From: Selaginella moellendorffii
Lineage: Eukaryota > Plantae > Lycopodiophyta
DNA length: 64,000 nt
Direction of reading: 5' to 3'
Assembly: GCF_000143415.4 (NCBI RefSeq)
Contig: NW_003314296.1
Location: 725,645-789,644 of the forward strand
In this document: positions 11,616-20,597 of the stretch, piece after piece
Layout: each line of letters begins with the position of its first letter
Numbering within the stretch: position 1 is the stretch's first letter
Made by a program: the position numbers and the translations under genes
Notes under the pieces: generated by a model
Seen by the model: only the letters and a program-made list of their open reading frames with translations
The model's database searches: none
Told to the model about the DNA's origin: nothing

Positions 11616-13220
11616 TCAGATGGAAAGGAGGATACTTACTTCATGGCTTTCTGCTTTTAGATTCTCGTGTTGTGCGACGTCGTCATTCTTGGCAAATCTT
11701 CCTCGTACTCGAGGCCGACTGTCTGCCAGCGTTTTCCGACATGCATACTAAATAGTACAAGCGTAAGTAAGTAGTGGTTCTTGTGGAGTTCGTTTGTACC
11801 TTAATTTTCTTTTGAAAATTTCGTTCTGACCGTTTCTGCCTGTATCGCTCTAATTTTGCTTTTCTTTCCTCAGGAGTATATTTGTTTGCTTTCTCTTGGG
11901 AAGCCTTCGATCCGCCACTGTTGCAAGGGCTGTTCGACGGGCTGTTATCAGTACTCTGCAACACGGAAAAGTAAGATCAGCTTATCATTCTCATGATTTA
12001 AACTTACATCATCAGTTGCTGCAGTAATTCCTGCCAAGTTTGGCAAAGAAGGTGTTCTTCCTAGCAAGGACGGTTTTCTCAACGTTGAGGAGTCAAGAGG
12101 GGCATTTTGTGTGCAAGGTACGCTATGCCCAATTCCTGAAAGGAGTTGTCCTAACGAGTTCAAGCTCGTACTTCTGTGGACCAGATGTAGAGGCAGAGAT
12201 TGTGAAACAGACTGCGCCCTCGAGAGGAGTAAAGAATCTAGATCCGACATCAAATCCACTTCGTCAGTGGTAGTGCTACTCATGCTGGATGCTGTGTCAA
12301 GAATCCAGGGCCTGTGATCGACTACCTCGTCCTTGGCAGCCTTGGAGGGGGAATGCTGGGCCTTTTCCTGAGAATTCAAGTGAGTGCTAGATTCTACCTT
12401 GGCTTTACTTTCTTCGTCGTTATGATTCAATGCAGGATCCATGCTCATATTTTCTGCTATGCTATCCATGTCGAGAAACATTCCTACTTCGGTGGCAGGC
12501 TCAGCCTTGTAGAAAGACAAGTGAGTATCCATTTTGCAATGTAAGAAACCTTTGCTTTCTCTTGCTGCCTCGATCTAAATTTTCCTCCTGTGGTCAGCTC
12601 AGCACCATTCGCTCCAAGCTAGCCTTCCTTTGATCAACACAAAAGCTGTAGCCTTGGGGCGATACTTTTTCGGAGAGAACAAGGAGACCTCATCGAGCAA
12701 GTTTTCTCGACGAAATCCCCGGCTGCTGGCCTGCAGTCTCGGAAAGGTTTGTAGCTGGCGACAGCCTCGGGCATCAAAGCCAGCGAAACTGGTAAGCAAG
12801 TAGATGCTGGTGATTGATGTCAAACAGTTCCAGCATTGCTAACATCAATGGCCGACCCACTCTCTCTCCCAGGCACTGTTCTTCAACACGGTCATCCGGG
12901 AGCTTGGAGGTCAAAACGAGCAAACACTGCGCACGGTGAAGCGCCATTTGTTCTCCATGTAAGGTACGTGTTTCATAGTTCCTTCGGAAATTCCATATTT
13001 GAGCTGGCAACCTTTTCGTAGGAGCTTTTGCGACAAGAAACTTAGCATGATCGAAGCCAGTAAGCTCGACTGCCATGACGAGGTGTGGGCGCGACTCCAA
13101 ATCCGGCATTTCGATCTGCAAGCAATTGAGGCAGCCGAAACTTTCGGCAAGTTTGAGAGGCGATCGTGTCGCTAAGAGGGACGATCGCGTGCTCGCGAGA
13201 GATGCTTTCTCGGCTTCCAT
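11616..13220 (-). CDS. CCT-motif family (CMF) protein; 5' exons and exact stop uncertain
   Basis: YTPEERKAKLERYRQKRSERNFQKKIK / YACRKTLADSRPRVRGRFAKN split by an intron (~11749-11800); upstream Ser/Asp-rich exon 11948-12532. Confidence 0.8.
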
Positions 13221-13384
13221 AAAAGGAGCGAGAATTCACATCGTGATTTTGATTCTGGTGGCATCGCTCGGAGTCGCTAACCTTAAAATTAATTAATCAT
13301 CGTTCAAATATCCCGCTTAACATCTTCACCGTTAAATTGGACTAATCTCGGCCGTCCACTTCCCAGGAATTAGGGCGTCCAGCT

Positions 13385-14854
13385 ATGGCGGAAGTGGCGA
13401 AGCTCCGGCGCACAGTGTTCCAGCGTTTTCGCTGCTTCCCGAGCTGGTTGCAAAGGATCATCGCCAGGACGCTGGGCTGCAAGGTCCGCTTCCAGAAAAT
13501 CCTCGGCTGTGGATCTTTCAACCTCGTGATCGAGGCACTGCTGGATCGTCAAGAGGATGAGCAGCCACGCCGCGTCGCCATTCGAATCGGGCTCCCAGGC
13601 GAGCTCCGGGTGCCACTGCCGCTCGCAATGTCGGGCTACGCCGCGACGCTCTTCCTCGCGAGGCTGGATCTTCCCGCCGTGATCGCAGGGCCTGTCTACG
13701 TGGCACGTCCACCTCTGCCCTACTTACCACGTGGCCGCTCCCACTTCGCTGTCATGGGCGTCGCCGAGGGCGTCCCCGCCAGCAATGTGTGGAGCAAAGA
13801 CGCGACGCTGGCGTGGAAGAAGGCCGTGCTGGCTGACCTCGCCATGGTCACGCTCCAGCTCTATCGCCACCCGTTGGATTCGCTGGGCAGTATGGAGGTC
13901 TCGTCATCCGACGGCTCTCCGTGCGTGGGGAGAATGCTGCAAGGTGCCGTGAGCTTGGCAATGGAGCGCGGCATCGAAGTTGGCGAGCTCAGCCCCGGGC
14001 CTTACTCGTCGTGGGCGGAATACGCAAGGAACCAGATCGAGGGCTTCGTGTTGCTCTACGGGGATGATCCCAAGCACGGCAAATCCATCAGAGCCAATGC
14101 CAAGCTCGTGCTGGATTGGCTCGTGAACAAGTTCCAAGATCCTGCGGAGAATGACAATAAGTTCCACAAGTTCCAAGCTCTTGGGAAGAATGACATCAAG
14201 TTCCAAGATCTTGGGGAGAATGACAACAAGTTCTACCTTGTTCATCCCGAGTTTGGGCTCCCGCAAGTTCTGCTCGATCCAGATTCTGGGCATGTCACCA
14301 GCATTCTGGACTGGGATGGTGCCAAGACTGCGACGATCCACAGCCTTGCCGCTGGTTTCTACATGCCGGACTACTATTGGTATGACGATCCCGATGAAGA
14401 TGAGATGTGTGAGTTTTTCAAGCAGCAGCTGATCCAGGGAGGAGCGCCGGAGCTGGCCGAGCACTTGACACAAGAATCTCCTCAGCTCATTTTTGAGCAG
14501 CAAAGGCTTGGTAACAACGTGGGTGGCGTGGATAAGGTGCAGGCTGCATTGCGGAGCTTTTGCACGAGGTTGCAGGGACTGGGGATGATAGATCCCCAAG
14601 AACAAGTCGTGTGTAGCATCATCCAGCCTTGGAGCAAATCGTCGCGCTCTTCGTCATCGGCTTCTTCTGCTGCTTCATCATCGGCTTCTTTTGCTGCTTC
14701 ATCAGGCTCTTCTTCGCCAAAGGAAGAAGTTAAAGCACAAGAAGAAGACTGTGGGTCTTCCACGGAATCAAGTGAAGATGCTTCTTCTTCGTCTGAAGGA
14801 GAGGAAGAAACAAGTTCTGAGGAAGAGAAGGAAGGTGGCGAGTGTGTAGCTTAA
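13385..14854 (+). CDS. Intronless aminoglycoside phosphotransferase (APH)/choline-kinase-like protein, possibly a pseudokinase
   Basis: 489-aa ORF. N-lobe GCGSFNLV..RVAIRI, GRMLQ..GPYSSWAEY, catalytic-loop region FYLVHPEFGLPQVLLDPDSGHVTSILDWDG, and a Ser/Glu-rich acidic tail. Confidence 0.75.
   Translation: MAEVAKLRRTVFQRFRCFPSWLQRIIARTLGCKVRFQKILGCGSFNLVIEALLDRQEDEQPRRVAIRIGLPGELRVPLPLAMSGYAATLFLARLDLPAVIAGPVYVARPPLPYLPRGRSHFAVMGVAEGVPASNVWSKDATLAWKKAVLADLAMVTLQLYRHPLDSLGSMEVSSSDGSPCVGRMLQGAVSLAMERGIEVGELSPGPYSSWAEYARNQIEGFVLLYGDDPKHGKSIRANAKLVLDWLVNKFQDPAENDNKFHKFQALGKNDIKFQDLGENDNKFYLVHPEFGLPQVLLDPDSGHVTSILDWDGAKTATIHSLAAGFYMPDYYWYDDPDEDEMCEFFKQQLIQGGAPELAEHLTQESPQLIFEQQRLGNNVGGVDKVQAALRSFCTRLQGLGMIDPQEQVVCSIIQPWSKSSRSSSSASSAASSSASFAASSGSSSPKEEVKAQEEDCGSSTESSEDASSSSEGEEETSSEEEKEGGECVA
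14124..14234 (+). repeat. Coding ~30-bp tandem repeat inside the APH-like gene
   Basis: aagttccaagatc(c/t)tg(c/g)ggagaatgacaa units, translating as NKFQDPAENDNKFHKFQALGKNDIKFQDLGENDNKF. Confidence 0.8.
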
Positions 14855-15166
14855 ATCTAAGCTGCTTATATATTCTAATAGTTTTGTAGCCATCACACTA
14901 AGGTTGGTATGTTTCTAGTTAGACAACTTGTCCAAATTAATATGGTTTTGTAGGGCAAAATAATACTTGTAATCCAAATATTAATGTGATTTTAAAGGCA
15001 AAATAATACTAAGCGACTTCACAAAATATTAATTGCAAATACAGTCTGTAAGTGCTCATGTTAAGAAAAACAAGGAACTGATAAAATAAAGCAACCAAAC
15101 TTTTGCAAACCTTACCAATAGAGACTCTTCTTCTCGATCTTTTCACAGCCATATCGATCTCACTGC

Positions 15167-17233
15167 TCACACCTTCCTGCCACCCCTCGGAGAAGACTGG
15201 CGCTTGTGAATCCCACGGTCCCGGACTTTCAAGTCGGCCTCCCACCTGGGACGAGAGTGAGGCCTCCGGCTATAGCGATCATCAAACTCCCTGTCCATTC
15301 TACTCTCCCCCGGAGAAGAAGGCCTTCGATCCCTGTGATGACCACCATGACCACCACCACCACCACCGTTCATATCGTGGATGCCAACGTCTCTCTCCCG
15401 GAATCCTCCCCTCTCCTGGGGATGCTGCTCCATGAACCTGGCGTCCATGGGTGGCATCCTGTCGTGAAATCCCCGCGGCATCATGCGGTCCCAGACCTGC
15501 GGAGGAGGTCCCAAGTCGATCATACCTCTGGACATGGGAGGCGGGCCGAGGACGCTGGGAGGCGGTAGAGCATCGTGAAATCCCCGCGGCGGAGGCGGCT
15601 CCATCGCAAAAGGGTGGCGAGGCCTCTGGCAGCTGTTACAGTTAGATCGACGAGCAAAGTTGAGATTCCCACACCTGGAAGAGAAAAAGAAAACAAAAAA
15701 CCACTGTGAGTCGAGGGAGCAAAAAGTAGAACACAAAGCTTTTGCTTACGTTGGCTCCGAGCAAATCCAGTCGCCCTCTCTTGGCACGATATTCGGATTG
15801 TTCCGAGGAGGCCCGTCGAATTCCCTCCTGTAAGGTGGCGAGCGATGGCCGCCGGGGCGATCAAACGGCGGAAGATCGACCGGACGACCTCGAGCTCTAC
15901 TGTCACGGTACCCCCGAGGACTTGTTCTTCCACCACCACCGCCGCCACCGCCGCCACCGCCACCGCCACCACCGCCGCCACCGCGGAAACCATCGTGCTC
16001 TACGTAGTGATCCGACCGCCTGTGACGAGAAACCGGGCTGGCCGCCTGGCCCCGGTGCAGACCAGCGGATACGTGAAGCTTCCGCCCTCTAAAGCTGTAG
16101 CCTGGCGAGCATGAGAAAAACGTTGGTTATCATCTAGCTAAACTTCCTTCCACACAAGAGCTTCGTGAGTATACCATGGAAGTGCTTAATCACTGCGTCC
16201 ACCGCATGCATATTCTCTACCACCACCTCTGCTTCCTTGGATCCTGTATCCTTGTTTTCATATATCTTGATCATGGGGAGCCTGGATCTGTGGTCGATCT
16301 GTGATAGCGAGATCATTCACCGGTGAGAGGAGGAATCTGAAACCATGAGCAGTACACCAAAACCACATTGACTAGTACCTTCACCCCAGCACCTTCTCCG
16401 AGTAACATTGCCACGGACCCCTCCCTGGCATCGTCTGGGAGATTGGAGATGTAAACCGCGTCACCGAATCCTGCAGTAGACATTGCTGAGCCCCGGACAC
16501 TGTTGTCAACCAAAAGATATGTGTGTTTATAGCACAGACACCACCACCACCACCACCACCACCACCACCACCACCACCACCATCACCACCACCACCCCAG
16601 GCAAGACGACCAACGAGAGAGACGACGCTTGGAACCTTGAGCCACCAGAGTTGTGCCGTGAAAACCCAATCTAGTTTCTCTTTTTCTCCAGATCTTCTCT
16701 CAGGCTATGCAAGCTCCAAGCCAAAGTGACCAGACTCGAGAGAAAAGAGTGGCGGCCAATGCAAAGGACTAGAGAAATCGAGACCACCTATATGCAAATT
16801 ACCAGGCATCCATTCGTCCTTCCAAGACTGCTATGCTTTCTTTCTTTCTTTCTTTTTTTCCTTTCCACCCATGAAGAAGAAGAAGATACCAGTGAAGAAG
16901 AAGAAGCAAACCTGAAGAACGGACTCTCTCCTCCCGCGGCTCATAGTGTGGCAAGCCATTCCGGGCGTGATGGTGAGGCATAGATCCCTGGAAACCATGG
17001 CCAATTTCTGCGGAGCTGGATCCGCCCTTGACGATGAGACTACTCAACCCTCGCCGCGGCTCCTTGTCTCTGTCCCCGCCGCCTCTCTCCAGATCCCTTT
17101 CCCTGCCGTTGCTCCTCTCTCCTCTATCCCACTCGCTGTGATTCCGGAAACCCCCGATCCGACCATCGCGCTTGTCCAGGCGCTCGTGTGGCGGCGCTCG
17201 CCTGAGATCGTAGCCGCCGTGGCGATCCCCCAT
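15167..17233 (-). CDS. TAF15B: FET-family RNA-binding protein (RRM + RanBP2 zinc finger, Gly-rich), TAF15b-like; multi-exon
   Basis: RRM pieces AVYISNLPDD..IKIYENKDTG..AVIKHFH/GYSFRG. ZnF PREGDWICSEP/CGNLNFARRSNCNSCQRPR. Gly tracts and an R/D-rich N-terminus. Confidence 0.72.
16540..16596. repeat. (CCA)n/(GGT)n trinucleotide repeat, probably coding poly-Gly
   Basis: About 18 CCA/CAC units with one interruption. Confidence 0.9.
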
Positions 17234-17489
17234 GGTAGTGGTAGCGAATCACAATGCCTGGGACAGAAATCCAGAGAAAGAGATCCACCAAGCCGGTACC
17301 CCGCGGCAAACCAGAGATTGACAACGCCTCCTAGTCGCAGCCGAGCTCCTAGCCGCGCGGTCGATCGATCTATCGCCTCCAAGCCCTAGCTAAGAACCTA
17401 CCAAGGAATCGAACCCTAGCTTTAGGGTTCGTCGTACCATTTTCGAATATGCCAAATTCAAAATTTAAAATAGTCTAGTTGGCAACTTC

Positions 17490-17790
17490 ATCATTCATCC
17501 ACTCGAGCTCTTGGTAGATCTTCTCGCTCGATTCGATCCATCTTCTCGAGCTCCTGGTGGATCCTCTCGCTCGATTCAAACTTGCCAGCTTCATCCCCCC
17601 ACCTCGATCCATCCTCTGGAGCTCCTGGTGGATCTCCCTTCATCCCCCGCCTCGATCCCTCTCACAGCTTCATCCCCCGCCTCGATCCATCCTCTGGAGC
17701 TCCTGGTGGATCTTCTCGCCCAATTCAAGCTCGCACACTTCATCCCCCACCTCTCTCCATCCTCTCGAGCTCCTGTCCCTGTTCCTCTTT
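17490..17790. repeat. Degenerate tandem duplications at the 3' end of the PPR gene
   Basis: Repeated units cttcatccccc(a/g)cctcgatcc and gagctcctggtggatct(t)ctcgc, 3-4 copies each. Confidence 0.8.
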
Positions 17791-20249
17791 CTCGAGCTCG
17801 CTGCGTCCTCAAATTCTCCACCCTCGGCGTAGATGCTCGACAGTGCTACGAAAGAGGAGGCAACGTAGGACGACGAGCTCGAGCCTGGATTTAAACCCAC
17901 CGCCTTCTCGACAACTCGTTTAGCTCGCGCGATATCTCCGTGCATTCGGCATGCCGCTAGGAACGTTGCCAGGATCACCGAGTTTGCTGGAACTGGCATC
18001 CCTGCTATGAACTTCTCCGCCTCCTCGAGCCAGCCGAGTCGTCCCAGAAGATCCACCATGCACCCGTAGTGTTCCACGCTCGGCTGGAGCTCGAAATCCA
18101 CCACGAGCGACGTGAAGTACTGCGCCGCTTCTTCGGTGAGGCCTCCGTGGCTGCATGCCGCGAGAGCGTTGACGAAAGTTACTTTGTCCACTGGGATGTC
18201 TTCCTGGAGCATCTCTCGGAAGAGCGTCACGGCCTCGATCGATCGCCCGTGCTGCGCGAACGCTGCCACCATGCTGTTCCAGGTGATGTTGTTTCGCAGC
18301 GGCAGCGACTCAAAGACGTCGAAAGCTTGCTGGAGAGTCCCACACTTTGCGTACATGTCGAGAAGAGCTGTTCCCACGAACACGTCTTTCTCGAGCCCGG
18401 CCTCGACTATTCGCTGGTGGACGGACTTCCCTTCTCGTAGCGATAAAAGCCCCGCACACGCGTTTAGCACTGTGATGTACGTGATCTTGTCCGGTTCCAT
18501 GTCCATCGTCTTGAAGAACTTCACGGCTTCCTCGTGTTGCTCATACTGGACGTAAGCCGAAAGCAAGCAGTTCCACAAGACCAGCCTCTTCTCTGGAATC
18601 CTGTCGAACAAGTCCCGAGCTTCTTCCAAGTATCCACACTTCCCGTACATGTTGACAAGTCCTGTGCCGAGTATTGGATCCAACTCGAGTCCCTGTTCCA
18701 CGATCCTCTCGTGAATTTTCTTCCCGGAGGTTATATCCTGTAAACTCGCGGCTGCGTTGGCGACCGTCATGAGAGTCACGTTGTCCGGTTTCACGTCTTT
18801 CATGAGGAAGAAGAGCTCCACCGACTGGCTCCAGAGACCCGAATGAGCGTAGCTGCCGATGATCGTGTTCCAGGATATCACGTCCCTGTGATCCATCTTG
18901 TCGAACACCTCCCGAGCATCTTGGAGGCTGCCGCATTTCCCATACATGTTGATCACCGCGTTCCTGACCATAAGAATGGAGTTTAGTCCGGATTCGCGAG
19001 CTCGATCATGGAAAACTTTACCGGTTTCTAGAGCTCCTTGGCTGCAGCAGGCCTCGAGCAGCGTTACAATGCTTACTCTGTCAGCTCGGACCCCTTCCAG
19101 ATCCATTCTCTTGAAAATTGCGTAAGCCTTCTCGTGCTGGCCTTGCAGAGAGTAAGCCGAGACGATGGTCGTCCAAGAAACGATATCTTTCTTCTCCAGC
19201 TCGTCGAAAACCTTCTGAGCTTCCGCAGGAGCTTCACACTTTGCGTACATGTTAAGGAGAGCGTTTGCCACGATGATCTCCTTCTCGAATCCACCTTGTT
19301 GACAGCAGAGATGAACGATCTTCCCATCTTCCAGAGCCGGCGAAGCGTTGCAGGCATGGAGCACCGTCACGCAGGTAACCTTCTCGGGCCTCACACCCTC
19401 GAGCTGCATGAGCCGAAAGATCATTCGAGCCTCTTGCATTTGCCCGAGCTCGCTATACGCACCAAGTATCGAGTTCCACGACACAACGTCGCGAGCTTTG
19501 ATCCCCTCGAAAGTCTCGCGAGCGTCTGGGATGCTGCGGCACCTGCCATACACACAGATTAGAGCATTGGTGAGAACCAGATCCAAAACGTTACCAGAGC
19601 TCGAGCAAAGATGGTGGAGAGCTCTTGCCTCGACGAGAAACTCCGGCCCCTGGAACGCGTTTAGGACCGTGAGGAGCGCAGCTCGATCAGGCCTGACGCC
19701 CTCTAGCTGCATTTGCCGGAAGAGCAGTAGAACCATTCGATCTTTCCCCCGGGACGAGTAGCTCGCCATCATCAAAGTCCACAGGACGACTCCGCGGTGA
19801 GCCAGGCGCTGGAAGACTCTCTCGGCCTCTGTCAAGCTCCCACACCGGAGATACATTTGGACGATGGGGCAGGCGAGAAGAGGATCCTGCTCCAGACCCT
19901 TGGAAACTATTTGCGCGTGGATTCGCTTCCCAGATTTCTCATCCGTGCACGATTGGAGAAGCCGGATCAAGGCGAAGCAATCGGTGGTGTCGAGGAGATC
20001 AAGCGCCTGGCTGTTTAGATCCGCGCCAGCGCCGGCGGCCCAGGAGGCGATCCCGCGGCCTCCTGGAGGGGCAAGAGCACTAAGAAAATATTCTTGTGGA
20101 TCGAAATGCTGCTCACCTCGCGGTTCCCAGCGATGAAATCTCCTGCTAGCGAGCACCTCCAGAAGATTTCTCGGGGAAATGTAGAGCACAGACGCGCCAA
20201 TATGCTTCCCGGGCCGCGAGAAGCGCCTCATTCCAGCGAGATCGCCCAC
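17670..20249 (-). CDS. PLS-class pentatricopeptide repeat protein (E/E+ type, no DYW), intronless
   Basis: 859-aa ORF of P-L-S triplets (ALLNMYAKC, DVVSWN, PDKITYITVLNAC), ALAACSHGGL..PSVEHYGCMVDLLGRLG, E-domain remnants. Confidence 0.93.
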   Translation of the reverse strand: MGDLAGMRRFSRPGKHIGASVLYISPRNLLEVLASRRFHRWEPRGEQHFDPQEYFLSALAPPGGRGIASWAAGAGADLNSQALDLLDTTDCFALIRLLQSCTDEKSGKRIHAQIVSKGLEQDPLLACPIVQMYLRCGSLTEAERVFQRLAHRGVVLWTLMMASYSSRGKDRMVLLLFRQMQLEGVRPDRAALLTVLNAFQGPEFLVEARALHHLCSSSGNVLDLVLTNALICVYGRCRSIPDARETFEGIKARDVVSWNSILGAYSELGQMQEARMIFRLMQLEGVRPEKVTCVTVLHACNASPALEDGKIVHLCCQQGGFEKEIIVANALLNMYAKCEAPAEAQKVFDELEKKDIVSWTTIVSAYSLQGQHEKAYAIFKRMDLEGVRADRVSIVTLLEACCSQGALETGKVFHDRARESGLNSILMVRNAVINMYGKCGSLQDAREVFDKMDHRDVISWNTIIGSYAHSGLWSQSVELFFLMKDVKPDNVTLMTVANAAASLQDITSGKKIHERIVEQGLELDPILGTGLVNMYGKCGYLEEARDLFDRIPEKRLVLWNCLLSAYVQYEQHEEAVKFFKTMDMEPDKITYITVLNACAGLLSLREGKSVHQRIVEAGLEKDVFVGTALLDMYAKCGTLQQAFDVFESLPLRNNITWNSMVAAFAQHGRSIEAVTLFREMLQEDIPVDKVTFVNALAACSHGGLTEEAAQYFTSLVVDFELQPSVEHYGCMVDLLGRLGWLEEAEKFIAGMPVPANSVILATFLAACRMHGDIARAKRVVEKAVGLNPGSSSSSYVASSFVALSSIYAEGGEFEDAASSRKRNRDRSSRGWREVGDEVCELELGEKIHQELQRMDRGGG

Positions 20250-20597
20250 ATTTCCTGGAGCGAAGAAAGAACCCTAGCTAAAACCCTCACGCAGAAAGCA
20301 TATTCGGTTTTTGAATAGTACCGCCAACGCCGTCAGTTTTTGTACGGATATTCCGTCAAGCTGGCGATGACATCCTAGTTCGCGTTGTCGGGGCTTTAGG
20401 GCTGGAGCACTCGCCCTGGCAATGGCGATCGCGGCGTTCTTGAGGTCTTGAGGTCAGTCGCAAGCTCTTACATTCTCGATTTCTGGCGCTCGCGGCTCCA
20501 AATTCCTCTTGGAAAGCTGCGGCATCGATCGATCCAAGATGCGGGAGCTTCCGATCCTGGCAGCTGCTGGAACAGGGGATTGCTGACATTCTTCCTT

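Noticed and set aside
1872-14854. Biosynthetic gene cluster (oxidase + reductase + phosphotransferase)
   Set aside because: No scaffold-forming enzyme, and chromatin and CCT housekeeping genes are interspersed; proximity is explained by genome compactness
17490-17790. Repeat-spacer-like pattern resembling a CRISPR array
   Set aside because: Eukaryotic context, irregular units, and explained by duplication of PPR E+ coding sequence
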